A stretch of DNA of 64,000 bases, taken from NCBI GenBank assembly GCA_032229685.1, contig JAVTWP010000031.1; one strand, written 5' to 3'. Below are positions 8,862 through 18,418 of this stretch, piece by piece. The notes below the pieces were generated by a model. The model did not search any database. It was not told the origin of the DNA and saw only the letters and a list, made by a program, of their open reading frames with translations. The stretch comes from Rhizobacter sp. (lineage in GTDB: Bacteria > Pseudomonadota > Gammaproteobacteria > Burkholderiales > Burkholderiaceae_C). Made by a program: the position numbers and the translations under genes. Within the stretch, counting starts at the first letter, position 1, and each line of letters begins with the position of its first letter.

Positions 8862-10568
8862 ATGTTGAAAAACCCGCAGCAGAAATACCGGCCTTTCGCC
8901 CCGGTCGCCCTGGCCAACCGCCGCTGGCCCGACGCCGTGCTGACCGAGGCGCCGATCTGGCTCAGCACCGACCTGCGCGACGGCAACCAGGCGCTCATCG
9001 AGCCGATGGACAGCGGCCGCAAGCTGAAGATGTTCCAGATGCTGCTGCGCATCGGCTTCAAGGAGATCGAGGTCGGTTTCCCCTCGGCCTCGCAGACCGA
9101 CTTCGACTTCGTGCGCCTGCTGATCGAGCAGAACCTGATCCCCGACGACGTGACGATCCAGGTGCTCACTCAAGCGCGCGAGCCGCTGATCCGCCGCACT
9201 TTCGAGTCGCTGCAAGGCGCGAAGCGCGCGATCGTGCACCTGTACAACGCGACCGCGCCGGTGATGCGTCAAGTGGTGCTGGGCATGAGCGAAGACCAGA
9301 TCGTGGAACTTGCCGTGACGAACACGAAGCTCGTGAAGACGCTGGCCGACGCGCAGCCCGACACCGACTTCCGCTACGAGTACTCGCCCGAGATGTTCTC
9401 GAGCACGGAATTGGTGTTCTCGAAACGCGTGGTCGATGCGGTCACCGAGGCCTGGCAGCCGACGATCGATCGCCCGTGCATCATCAACCTGCCGTCCACC
9501 GTGGAACATTCCACGCCGAACATCTTCGCCGACATGATCGAGTGGATGCACCGTAATCTGGCACGGCGTGATGCGATCGTGCTCTCGGTTCACCCGCACA
9601 ACGACCGAGGCACGGGCACGGCCGCGGGCGAACTGGCCCTGATGGCGGGCGCCGACCGCATCGAAGGTTGTTTGTTCGGCAACGGCGAGCGCACCGGCAA
9701 CGTCGATCTGGTCAACATCGCGCTCAATCTGTACACGCAAGGCGTGTCGCCGCAGCTCGACTTCTCCGACATCGACGAAGTGCGCCGCTGCGTCGAGCAT
9801 TGCAACCAGCTGCCCGTTCACCCGCGCCACCCTTACGCCGGTGACCTGGTCTACACCTCGTTCTCGGGCTCGCACCAGGACGCGATCAAGAAAGCCTTTG
9901 CGGCGCGCAGAGAAGGCGACGTCTGGCAGATGCCCTACTTGCCGATCGACCCGAAAGACCTGGGCCGCAGCTACGACGCGGTGATCCGGGTCAACAGCCA
10001 GTCGGGCAAGGGCGGCATCGCCTACCTGCTCGAAAGCGAGTACGGGCTGGAACTGCCGCGGCGCCTGCAGATCGAGTTCAGCCAGGCTGTGCAGGCGGTG
10101 ATGGACGACAGCGGCAAGGAACTCGTGGCGGCCGACATCTGGCGCATCTTCGAGTGTGAGTACGGCCTCGGCGACGCCGGCCGTAACGCGGTCTCGAACC
10201 CGGTCATCGCAGAGCAGGGCGATGGCGCGGTGCGTTTGGGCGCCGAGGTGACGATGGCGGGGCAGCGCCTGCACGTCGACGGCACGGGCACCGGGCCGAT
10301 CGACGCTTTTGTCGCCGGCCTGAACCACGCGACGGGTGCCGCGCTGCGTGTGCTCGACTACCACGAACACGCGATCGGCAGCGGCGCCGATGCGCGTGCG
10401 GTGGCCTACCTCGAACTGCGCGTCGGCGATGGCATCGGCGAAGGGCAAACGCTGTTCGGCGTCGGCATCGACGCGAACATCGTCTCGGCGTCGCTCAAGG
10501 CCATCGTCTCGGGGCTGAGCCGCTCAAGCCGCGCGGTCAAGCAGGGCAACGAACAGGCGCTCGCCTAA
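8862..10568 (+). CDS. leuA: 2-isopropylmalate synthase, yeast Leu4 / actinobacterial-type clade
   Basis: [61 protein letters not shown] and a C-terminal regulatory domain (GPIDAF...DYHEHA). Confidence 0.93.
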   Translation: MLKNPQQKYRPFAPVALANRRWPDAVLTEAPIWLSTDLRDGNQALIEPMDSGRKLKMFQMLLRIGFKEIEVGFPSASQTDFDFVRLLIEQNLIPDDVTIQVLTQAREPLIRRTFESLQGAKRAIVHLYNATAPVMRQVVLGMSEDQIVELAVTNTKLVKTLADAQPDTDFRYEYSPEMFSSTELVFSKRVVDAVTEAWQPTIDRPCIINLPSTVEHSTPNIFADMIEWMHRNLARRDAIVLSVHPHNDRGTGTAAGELALMAGADRIEGCLFGNGERTGNVDLVNIALNLYTQGVSPQLDFSDIDEVRRCVEHCNQLPVHPRHPYAGDLVYTSFSGSHQDAIKKAFAARREGDVWQMPYLPIDPKDLGRSYDAVIRVNSQSGKGGIAYLLESEYGLELPRRLQIEFSQAVQAVMDDSGKELVAADIWRIFECEYGLGDAGRNAVSNPVIAEQGDGAVRLGAEVTMAGQRLHVDGTGTGPIDAFVAGLNHATGAALRVLDYHEHAIGSGADARAVAYLELRVGDGIGEGQTLFGVGIDANIVSASLKAIVSGLSRSSRAVKQGNEQALA

Positions 10569-10597
10569 GATCGACAGGATTCACCAGGAGCATTCGC

Positions 10598-12139
10598 ATG
10601 GCCGACAAACTCATCATCTTCGATACCACCTTGCGCGACGGTGAACAATCGCCTGGCGCCTCGATGACCAAGGACGAAAAGCTGCGCATCGCCCGCCAGC
10701 TCGAACGCCTGAAGGTCGATGTGATCGAAGCCGGCTTCGCGGCCTCGTCGAACGGCGATTTCGAGTGCGTGAAAGCGATCGCGCACGCGATCAAGGACAG
10801 CACGGTCTGCTCGCTCGCCCGCGCCAACGACCGCGACATCTCGCGTGCGGCCGAGGCGCTCAAAGGTGGCCACTCGACGCGCTTGCACCTGTTCCTCGCG
10901 ACGAGTGCATTGCACATGGAAAAGAAGCTGCGCATGACGCCCGAGCAGGTCTTCGAGCAGGCGAAGCTCTCGACGCGCTTTGCACGCAGCCTGTCGGGCG
11001 ACGTGGAGTTTTCGCCCGAAGATGGCTACCGCTCCGACCCCGACTTCCTGTGCCGCGTGCTCGAAGCCGTGATCGCCGAAGGTGCCACCACGATCAACGT
11101 GCCCGATACCGTGGGCTACGCGATCCCCGAGCTCTACGGCAACTTCATCCTGAACCTGCGCCAGCGCATACCGAACTCCGACAAGGCCGTCTGGTCGGTG
11201 CATTGCCACAATGACCTCGGCATGGCCGTGGCCAACTCGCTCGCCGGCGTGATGATCGGCGGCGCGCGCCAGGTCGAATGCACCATCAATGGCCTGGGCG
11301 AGCGCGCCGGCAACTGCTCGCTCGAAGAAGTGGTGATGGCCGTGAAGACGCGTCGCGACTACTTCGGACTGGAACTCGGCATCGACGCAACCCAGATCGT
11401 GCCGGTGTCACGCCTGGTCGCGCAGACCACCGGTTTTGTCGTGCAGCCGAACAAGGCGGTGGTGGGCGCCAACGCCTTCGCGCACGCATCCGGCATCCAC
11501 CAGGACGGCGTGCTCAAGGCGCGCGACACCTACGAGATCATGCGTGCCGAAGACGTGGGCTGGGCAGCGAACAAGATCGTGCTCGGCAAACTCTCGGGCC
11601 GCAACGCGTTCAAGCTGCGCCTCACGGAACTCGGCATCCAGATGGAATCGGAAGCCGAAGTCAACGCCGCGTTCGCGAAGTTCAAGGAACTGGCCGACCG
11701 CAAGAGCGACATCTTCGACGAAGACATCCTGGCGCTGGTGATGGACGAATCGGTGACCGCCGAGCACGAACACTACAGGTTGCTGGCGCTTTCGCAGCAT
11801 TCCGAGATGGGTGAGCGGCCGCAGGCCAGCGTGGCGTTCTCGGCTGGCGACGTGGAACACCACGCGCAAAGCGACGGCAACGGCCCGGTCGACGCCAGCC
11901 TGAAGGCAATCGAATCGAAGCTCAAGACTGGCGCCGAAATGCTGCTCTATTCGGTCAATGCCATCACCTCGGGCAGCACAGAATCCCAGGGCGAAGTGAC
12001 GGTTCGGCTGCAAAACGGCGGCCGGGTCGTCAACGGCGTGGGTTCGGACCCGGATATCGTCGTGGCGTCAGCCAAGGCCTATCTTTCCGCGTTGAACAAG
12101 CTGCACAGCAAGATCGAACGCGTCGCTGCACAGGGGTAA
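10598..12139 (+). CDS. leuA: 2-isopropylmalate synthase, canonical bacterial (E. coli-like) clade
   Basis: [47 protein letters not shown] and a regulatory domain (GNGPVDA); CAGGAG RBS. Confidence 0.95.
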   Translation: MADKLIIFDTTLRDGEQSPGASMTKDEKLRIARQLERLKVDVIEAGFAASSNGDFECVKAIAHAIKDSTVCSLARANDRDISRAAEALKGGHSTRLHLFLATSALHMEKKLRMTPEQVFEQAKLSTRFARSLSGDVEFSPEDGYRSDPDFLCRVLEAVIAEGATTINVPDTVGYAIPELYGNFILNLRQRIPNSDKAVWSVHCHNDLGMAVANSLAGVMIGGARQVECTINGLGERAGNCSLEEVVMAVKTRRDYFGLELGIDATQIVPVSRLVAQTTGFVVQPNKAVVGANAFAHASGIHQDGVLKARDTYEIMRAEDVGWAANKIVLGKLSGRNAFKLRLTELGIQMESEAEVNAAFAKFKELADRKSDIFDEDILALVMDESVTAEHEHYRLLALSQHSEMGERPQASVAFSAGDVEHHAQSDGNGPVDASLKAIESKLKTGAEMLLYSVNAITSGSTESQGEVTVRLQNGGRVVNGVGSDPDIVVASAKAYLSALNKLHSKIERVAAQG

Positions 12140-12177
12140 CTATTTCACGGAACCCGGCATCCAAGTCCTGACTTGAG

Positions 12178-12214
12178 AAAAGGCGCGTAAGGTTTTGATC
12201 TTGCGCGCTTTTTT
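12178..12214 (+). terminator. Intrinsic terminator after the second leuA
   Basis: AAAAGGCGCGTAAG-loop-CTTGCGCGC followed by TTTTTT. Confidence 0.75.
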
Positions 12215-12255
12215 CCTTTCAGTTAACATTCGCCGCACTGGCGCAAAGGACTGCT

Positions 12256-13305
12256 GTGGCAACCATTCACAAATTTGTAACGACCGGGCTGCTGGCGTTG
12301 GTTGCCGCTGTAGCCTTCGCCTTGCCCTCGTCCGCCGACGCCGCGCAGCGCACCGCCGCCAAGAAGAAGGGCGCCACCGCCTCTGCCGCCTCTTCGCGTG
12401 CTTCCAAACAAGTACTGCGTTCCAGCCGGCGCGTATCGACCCGCCACGTGGCCAGAGTCGTCCGTTTCGAGCCGGCACGCCCTTCGTTCGGGCAACTCTA
12501 CGGCCTGCAGAACACGGCCGACGCGCTGAACCTGAAGTCGAGCGTGGCGCTCGTGCTCGACTCCGACACCAACGAAGTGCTGTTCAGCAAGAACCCTGGC
12601 GCCGTGCTGCCGATTGCGTCGCTCACCAAGCTGATGACGGCCGTGGTCGTGACCGAAGCCAAGCTCCCGCTGAATGAAATGCTCAGCATCAGCCAGGACG
12701 ACATCGACACCGAAAAAGGCAGCCGCTCGCGTCTGAAGGTCGGCACCCAACTCAGCCGCGAAGAAATGCTGCACCTGGCGCTGATGTCGTCAGAGAACCG
12801 TGCTGCCAATGTGCTGGGCCGCTCCTACCCGGGCGGCCTCGAGGCTTTCGTGGCGGCGATGAACCGCAAGGCACGCGAACTCGGCATGAACGACACGCAC
12901 TACGTCGAGCCGACCGGCTTGTCGAGCAAGAACCAATCGAGCGCGCGCGACCTGGCCACGCTGGTTCGCGCGGCCAACGAGCACCAGATCATTCGTGAAC
13001 TGTCGACCTCGCCGGAATTCCTGGTCGAAGTCGGCAACCGGCCGATGCAGTTCCGCAATACCAACGGCCTGGTGCGCAACCCCGAGTGGGACATCGGCCT
13101 GCAGAAGACCGGCTACATCACCGAAGCCGGCCGTTGCCTCGTGATGCAGGCCAAGTTGGCCGGTCGCCAGCTGATCATGGTGTTCCTCGATTCCGCCGGC
13201 AAGTACTCGCGCATCGGCGACGCCGAGCGTGTGCGCCGCTGGATCAACGAAACGCCGGCCGCGCCCGCACCGACGGTTGTCGGCCTGCCCAGGCTCACTT
13301 CCTGA
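12256..13305 (+). CDS. pbpG: D-alanyl-D-alanine endopeptidase (peptidase S11, PBP7-like)
   Basis: Signal peptide, then SxxK (IASLTKLMT), SxN (LMSSENRAA) and KTG (LQKTGYI) penicillin-binding motifs. Confidence 0.9.
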   Translation: MATIHKFVTTGLLALVAAVAFALPSSADAAQRTAAKKKGATASAASSRASKQVLRSSRRVSTRHVARVVRFEPARPSFGQLYGLQNTADALNLKSSVALVLDSDTNEVLFSKNPGAVLPIASLTKLMTAVVVTEAKLPLNEMLSISQDDIDTEKGSRSRLKVGTQLSREEMLHLALMSSENRAANVLGRSYPGGLEAFVAAMNRKARELGMNDTHYVEPTGLSSKNQSSARDLATLVRAANEHQIIRELSTSPEFLVEVGNRPMQFRNTNGLVRNPEWDIGLQKTGYITEAGRCLVMQAKLAGRQLIMVFLDSAGKYSRIGDAERVRRWINETPAAPAPTVVGLPRLTS

Positions 13306-14089
13306 TCGCAACGCCCTCTGGCACGGCGCGGTAGCCCAGCGCCGCCGAAATCTGCGCTGCGGTCGCCTTCAGGCGGTCGAGCCAGGCGTCTTCCAGCCGG
13401 TCGGCCGGCGCCGAGATCGACAAGCCCGCCACCAGCTGCCCCTGGTCGTCAAGAATCCCGGCGGCCATGCAGCGCACGCCCAACTCCAGTTCTTCGTCGT
13501 CGCGCGCCGTGCCGTATTGCGTCACGCGCGTCAGTTCACGCTCGAGCGCCGCGATGTCGGTGATGCTGTTGCGGGTGTGACCGGCCAGGCCGGTGCGCGT
13601 CGCATACGCACGCACACGCTGCGCATCGTCGTGGGCCAGGAACAGCTTGCCCACCGACGTGAGGTGCAGCGGCGCACGGCCGCCGATCGCACGCACGACC
13701 TGCATGCCCGAACGCTCGCTGTAGGTGCGTTCGATGTACACGATCTCGTCGCCCTGGCGCATCGACAGGTTCACCGGCTGGTGCGTCAGCTTGTGCAGCT
13801 CGCGCATCGGGCCCAGGGCGGCGTCGCGCACGTCGAGACGCGCTTTCACCAGGTTGCCGAGTTCGAGCAGGCGCATGCCCAGGCGGTAGCTGCCGGCTTC
13901 GGGGCGGTCGACATACCGGCCGATCGTCAGGTCATTGAGGATGCGGTGGGCGGTCGACGGGTGCAGCCCGGTCTGTTCGCTGATCTGCTTGAGCGATACC
14001 GGGTCCTGGTACGACGCCAGCACGTCGAGCAAACCGAACGCGCGTTCGAGCACCTGGATCGTCGGGGTCTTGTTCTCACGTTTCGCCAT
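13295..14089 (-). CDS. IclR family transcriptional regulator
   Basis: IQVLERAFGLLDVL, HTH LHPSTAHRIL, GGRAPLHLTSVGK, DDEELELGVRCMAAGI. Confidence 0.92.
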   Translation of the reverse strand: MAKRENKTPTIQVLERAFGLLDVLASYQDPVSLKQISEQTGLHPSTAHRILNDLTIGRYVDRPEAGSYRLGMRLLELGNLVKARLDVRDAALGPMRELHKLTHQPVNLSMRQGDEIVYIERTYSERSGMQVVRAIGGRAPLHLTSVGKLFLAHDDAQRVRAYATRTGLAGHTRNSITDIAALERELTRVTQYGTARDDEELELGVRCMAAGILDDQGQLVAGLSISAPADRLEDAWLDRLKATAAQISAALGYRAVPEGVAIRK

Positions 14090-14189
14090 GGCCTGCATTC
14101 TCCGTCAACTCCACGCAATTTTGCATGGCGAAAGCATGGGCTGCAATCCGGGAGAGCGAAGGCGCGTTGAAGTGCCTCGCGCGAGCGGT

Positions 14190-15464
14190 TCAGTCAAGCC
14201 CGCGAACCGCGTCGACGCCACTGCGGACGGCGCCCTCCAGGGTGGCCGGGTAAGGGCCGATGACGTGGTCCCCGGCGGCATGCAGCCCCGCAGCGATTCG
14301 CATCGGCGAGCGCTGCAGACCCGGCGTGCAGCGAAACGTGGCGCGCTTCTCCGACAGCACCTGAACCGACTCGAGCGGGCCTCGCAGGCATGCCGCCAGC
14401 ACCGATCTGGCCTGGTTCATGGTCGCGTCGAGCGTGGCCGCCTGGCCCGCGTCGACCCACGGCTGGGCGCCGCTGATGACGAAGGCCAGCAAGCCCGGTG
14501 CGCCACCAAGCTGGCCGCGGTCGAACACGAACTGCGCCGGCGCGTTCGCGTTGGCCCGCAAGGCGAGCATCGGCTCGGGAAGGCGCGTGCCTTCGCTGCG
14601 CAGGTAGACCGTCACGATCGGTTCGTAGCGCAGGCCGGCGGCCATGCGGGCCCAGTCCGGCGCGAGGCCTTGCGTCAGCCGCGCGGCTTCGACCGCGCTG
14701 GTGGCAAGCACCACGCGATCGAACACCTGTTCGTCGACCGACCACCGGTCGCCTTCGGCCGCCACCCGGTTCACGCGTTGCGCCAGCACCGTGCCCGCCC
14801 CCGCCGCCTGAAGCCAGCGCAGGGCCGGCAGCGGCAGCAACTCGCTCAGATTGACGCGTGGCAGCAGCAGGTCGGCCGACCCTGGCCCGGAAAACAGCGC
14901 GTCTTTGAGCACCCGCAGGAAGGTCGACGCGCTGGCCTCGGACGACGGGGTGTTCAGCGCGGCCACGCACAGCGGGTCGATCAGTTCGTGGCGCACGCGC
15001 GCGGGCAAGCGCCGCGTGAGTTGCCCGACCGTGAGCGACGGGTCGCAGTTGAAGCCACGCAGCGCCCAGCCAGCGGCTGCGGCCAGCAGCGCGACACGAT
15101 CGCGCCAGTGCCAGGCCTGCAACCGCAGCACGGCGCGGGCGAAAGCGAACACCGGCGAGCCCGCTTCGAGCTGCAAGCCCGAGCCTTCAGGGTAGGTGAT
15201 GCGCAGCGGCGTGCGCAGCAAGGCCTGGTCGATGTCGACACCGATCGTGCGCATCAACGCGAGCGTCTCCGTGTACGCGCCGATGAGGATGTGCTGCCCG
15301 TTGTCGAGCGCCGTGCCGGCCAGCTCGACAGCGCGCGAACGACCCCCGGCCTGCGCCGCCATCTCGAACAGCGTGACCCGATGACCACAACGCACGGCCT
15401 CGACCGCCGCCGCCAAACCGGCCCAGCCCGCACCGATGACCGCAACCGAGCGCGGCCCGGCCAC
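14190..15464 (-). CDS. hpnE: Hydroxysqualene dehydroxylase (FAD-dependent)
   Basis: VIGAGWAGLAAAV Rossmann motif, LDNGQHILIGAY, AGDHVIGPYPATLEGAVRSG. The GTG start overlaps the hpnD stop (TAGTG). Confidence 0.88.
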   Translation of the reverse strand: MAGPRSVAVIGAGWAGLAAAVEAVRCGHRVTLFEMAAQAGGRSRAVELAGTALDNGQHILIGAYTETLALMRTIGVDIDQALLRTPLRITYPEGSGLQLEAGSPVFAFARAVLRLQAWHWRDRVALLAAAAGWALRGFNCDPSLTVGQLTRRLPARVRHELIDPLCVAALNTPSSEASASTFLRVLKDALFSGPGSADLLLPRVNLSELLPLPALRWLQAAGAGTVLAQRVNRVAAEGDRWSVDEQVFDRVVLATSAVEAARLTQGLAPDWARMAAGLRYEPIVTVYLRSEGTRLPEPMLALRANANAPAQFVFDRGQLGGAPGLLAFVISGAQPWVDAGQAATLDATMNQARSVLAACLRGPLESVQVLSEKRATFRCTPGLQRSPMRIAAGLHAAGDHVIGPYPATLEGAVRSGVDAVRGLD

Positions 15465-16300
15465 TAGCGGCCGCGCCAGTTCGTGCGCATCGCGATCCAC
15501 AGCTTGCGCAGCGGCGTGAGCGAGGTGCGCTGGTGCAGCACCTGGAAGTTGTCGGCTTCGATCTCGCGCAGCAGCGTGCGGTAGATGTTGGCCATCATCA
15601 CGCCGGGTTTCTGCGCCACGCGGTCGGCGTCGGGCAAGAGCGCAAAGGCTTCGTCGTAGAGGCGGTGCGCGCGTTCGGCCTGGAACTTCATCAGCGCGGT
15701 GAAGCGCTCGCTGTAGCCTCGGTTCAGGATCTCCTGCGCTTTCACGTCGAACTGCTTCAGCTCCGACACCGGCAGGTAGATGCGGCCGCGGCGCGCGTCG
15801 TCGCCCACGTCGCGGATGATGTTGGTGAGCTGCATCGCCAGGCCGAGCTTGTGGGCATAGGCGGTGGTTGCCGGGTCGGTGCGGCCGAAGATGCCGGCCG
15901 CGACTTCACCGACGACACCGGCCACCAGGTGGCAGTAGTGCGCCAGGCCCGCGTAGTCGAGGTATCGCGACTGATCGAGGTCCATCTGGCAACCGTCGAT
16001 CACCGCCAGCAGGTGAGACGCGGTGATGCCGTAGTCGGCGGTGTGCGGCAACAGCGCCTTCATCACCGGGTGGCTCGGTTGGCCGCCGAAACTGCTGGCC
16101 ACTTCCTTGCGCCACCACGCGAGCTTGGTCGCAGCGACGGCCGGGTCGCTGACTTCGTCGACCACGTCGTCGACTTCGCGGCAGAACGCATAGAAGGCCG
16201 TGATGGCGGCACGCCGCGGCGGTGGCAGGAACAGAAAGGCGTAGTAGAAGCTCGAGCCGCTGCGCGCGGCCTTGTCTTGCACGTACTGCTCGGGCGTCAT
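15464..16300 (-). CDS. hpnD: Presqualene diphosphate synthase
   Basis: SGSSFYYAFLFL, YAFCREVDDVVD (DDxxD), QLTNIIRDVGDDARRGRIYLP. Confidence 0.9.
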   Translation of the reverse strand: MTPEQYVQDKAARSGSSFYYAFLFLPPPRRAAITAFYAFCREVDDVVDEVSDPAVAATKLAWWRKEVASSFGGQPSHPVMKALLPHTADYGITASHLLAVIDGCQMDLDQSRYLDYAGLAHYCHLVAGVVGEVAAGIFGRTDPATTAYAHKLGLAMQLTNIIRDVGDDARRGRIYLPVSELKQFDVKAQEILNRGYSERFTALMKFQAERAHRLYDEAFALLPDADRVAQKPGVMMANIYRTLLREIEADNFQVLHQRTSLTPLRKLWIAMRTNWRGR

Positions 16301-17154
16301 GCGGATTCCCTGGCGACCAGCGCGGTCGGTGCACGCATCCAGAGCGCGCGCCACAGCAGCAGTGGTGCGTCGTACCAGCGCAGCGCAGGGCGTGTGCTCA
16401 GGGTCGCGAACTTCAGCGCTTCGATCTTGTCGAGGATCCGCAAGCCGCCTTGCACCACCAGCCTCAGCTCCCAACCCGCGCGGCCCGGCACGGCGTGAAC
16501 CAGCGGCACGCCTTGCAGCATGAGCTCGCGGGCCCAGGCGACGAGCTCTCGCACCAGCGCGCGCACGGCCGGCGTGTCGGCCCGAGCCTGGAGCAGCGCG
16601 GAGGCCGGCAGCGCGAAGCGCTCGCAGTCGGTGGCCGGCACGTAAAGGCGCCCGCGGCGCGTGTCGACACCCAGGTCCTGCCAGAAGTTCACGAGTTGCA
16701 AGGCGCTGCAGATCGCATCCGACTGGCGCAGCTGTTCGCCGCCACGCACGCCATACAGGTGCAGCAGCAGGCGGCCCACCGGGTTGGCCGAGCGCCGGCA
16801 GTAGTCGAGCAGCTCGGCGCGGTCGGCGTAGCCATGTTTGACCACGTCCTGCTCGAAGGCGCTCAGCAGGTCGAGCAACAGGGCAGTGGGGAGGCTGTGG
16901 GCCTGAATCGTGCGCAGCAGCGGGCCGAAGACGCCGGGCCAGCGCTGCGACGGCGCGCCGTTTGCCACCGCCGCGAGCAGGTCGGCGCGGTAGGCGGCCA
17001 GATCGGCGAGCCGCGTGGCCGCGCTGGCGTCGCCCTCGTCGGCGATGTCGTCGGCGGTCCGAGCGAACCAGTAGATCGCGGCGACCGCCGGGCGCAAGGC
17101 GGGCGGGCACAAGACGGAAGCGACGGGAAAGTTTTCGTAGTGGTCGATGCTCAC
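16297..17154 (-). CDS. hpnC: Squalene synthase HpnC (hydroxysqualene synthase)
   Basis: HYENFPVAS, YWFARTADDIADEG, YCRRSANPVGRL, LQLVNFWQD, RAGWELR; GTG start inferred. Confidence 0.9.
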   Translation of the reverse strand: MSIDHYENFPVASVLCPPALRPAVAAIYWFARTADDIADEGDASAATRLADLAAYRADLLAAVANGAPSQRWPGVFGPLLRTIQAHSLPTALLLDLLSAFEQDVVKHGYADRAELLDYCRRSANPVGRLLLHLYGVRGGEQLRQSDAICSALQLVNFWQDLGVDTRRGRLYVPATDCERFALPASALLQARADTPAVRALVRELVAWARELMLQGVPLVHAVPGRAGWELRLVVQGGLRILDKIEALKFATLSTRPALRWYDAPLLLWRALWMRAPTALVARESA

Positions 17155-17221
17155 GGCCGTGATTGTCCATGCTGCGTGCCAGGCGGGCATACGGGTTGCT
17201 CGCGATTCGCCACGCAGCCGT

Positions 17222-17250
17222 TTGACAGCAACCAGACCGCCGAATATATT
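17222..17250 (+). promoter_or_regulatory. Near-consensus sigma70 promoter of the RND efflux operon
   Basis: TTGACA (17222-17227), 17-bp spacer, TATATT (17245-17250). Confidence 0.8.
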
Positions 17251-17264
17251 ACTGACCAGTCAGT
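17251..17264. promoter_or_regulatory. Palindromic operator over the predicted +1 (TetR-type repressor site inferred)
   Basis: ACTGAC-CA-GTCAGT is a perfect 6-2-6 inverted repeat immediately downstream of the -10 box. Confidence 0.65.
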
Positions 17265-17278
17265 CATTTAGGATCGCC

Positions 17279-18418
17279 ATGCGTCACGCCCTGCCCATCG
17301 CACTTGCCGCAGCCCTGGGCCTCGCGGCTTGCTCGAAGACCGAACCTGCGCCCGACCCGGTGCGCGCGGTGCGCACGCTGACGGTGGCGGCGCAGTCGGC
17401 CGGGGGGAGTTACGAATACGCCGGCGAGGTGCGTGCACGCACCGAATCGCGCCTGAGCTTCCGCGTCGGCGGCAAGATGCTCAAGCGGGCCGTCGACCTC
17501 GGCGATTCGGTGAAGGCCGGGCAAGTGCTGGCCCAGCTCGACCCGGCCGACCTGCGCCTCGGGCAAGACGCTTCGCGCGCCGCGGTGGCGGTGGCGCAGG
17601 CCGGCCTCGACCAGTACGCCGCCGACTTCAAGCGCTACAAAGACCTGCACGACCAGGGCTTCATCGGCGCCGCCGAACTCGAACGACGCGAGTCGGCCCT
17701 GAAGACGGCCCGTGCCCAGCTCGAGCAGGCCAAGGCACAGGCCAGCGTGCAAGGCAACCAGGCCGGCTACTCGACCTTGCTGGCCGACGCCAGTGGCGTG
17801 ATCACCGCGGTCGATCTCGAACCCGGCATGGTGGCCGCCGCCGGCACGCCGGTGCTGCGTCTGGCGCATGACGGGCCGCGCGACGTGGTGTTTTCGGTGC
17901 CCGAAGACAAGGTCGGCATGATCAAGGCGCTGGCGACCACGCCGGGGCGGTTCAAGGTGCGTTTGTGGGGCGCCGGCGGCGAGCCCTTGCCCGCGACGAT
18001 CCGCGAGATTTCGGCAGCCGCCGATCCGGTCACGCGCACCTTCCTCGTCAAGGCCGACATCGGCAACGCCTCGGCGAGTAGCATTCGTCTGGGCCAGACC
18101 GCCGCGGTGCAGGTCGAGTTGCCGCAGACACCGGGCGTGACCAAGCTGCCGCTATCGGCCTTGCGTGAAGAACAGGGCCGCAGCAGCGTGTGGCTGGTCG
18201 ACAAGCAGGCCATGACGGTCAGTTCGCGTGCCGTTCAGGTCGCAGGCGCCGACGGCAACGAGGTTGTCGTTTCGAGCGGCCTGGCGCCGGGACAGATCGT
18301 CGTGACGGCCGGTGTGCATGTGCTGAACCCGGGGCAGAAGGTGAAGTTCTACGTCGAGCCTGGCGCCTCGGCGGCCTCGGCTTCGGCGCGGGCGGGCACG
18401 CCGGTGACCGTCAAGTGA
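17279..18418 (+). CDS. RND efflux membrane-fusion lipoprotein (MexJ-like)
   Basis: Lipobox LGLAAC; LSFRVGGKMLKRAVDLGDSVKAGQVLAQLD; YSTLLADASGVI; ADPVTRTF. Confidence 0.9.
   Translation: MRHALPIALAAALGLAACSKTEPAPDPVRAVRTLTVAAQSAGGSYEYAGEVRARTESRLSFRVGGKMLKRAVDLGDSVKAGQVLAQLDPADLRLGQDASRAAVAVAQAGLDQYAADFKRYKDLHDQGFIGAAELERRESALKTARAQLEQAKAQASVQGNQAGYSTLLADASGVITAVDLEPGMVAAAGTPVLRLAHDGPRDVVFSVPEDKVGMIKALATTPGRFKVRLWGAGGEPLPATIREISAAADPVTRTFLVKADIGNASASSIRLGQTAAVQVELPQTPGVTKLPLSALREEQGRSSVWLVDKQAMTVSSRAVQVAGADGNEVVVSSGLAPGQIVVTAGVHVLNPGQKVKFYVEPGASAASASARAGTPVTVK

Noticed and set aside
12140-12255. AT-richer leuA-pbpG spacer as an ECF (GGAACC...GTC) promoter or foreign DNA
   Set aside because: The GGAACC-to-GTC spacing is about 10 bp, too short for an ECF promoter. 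The AT content is explained by the terminator and promoter sequences.
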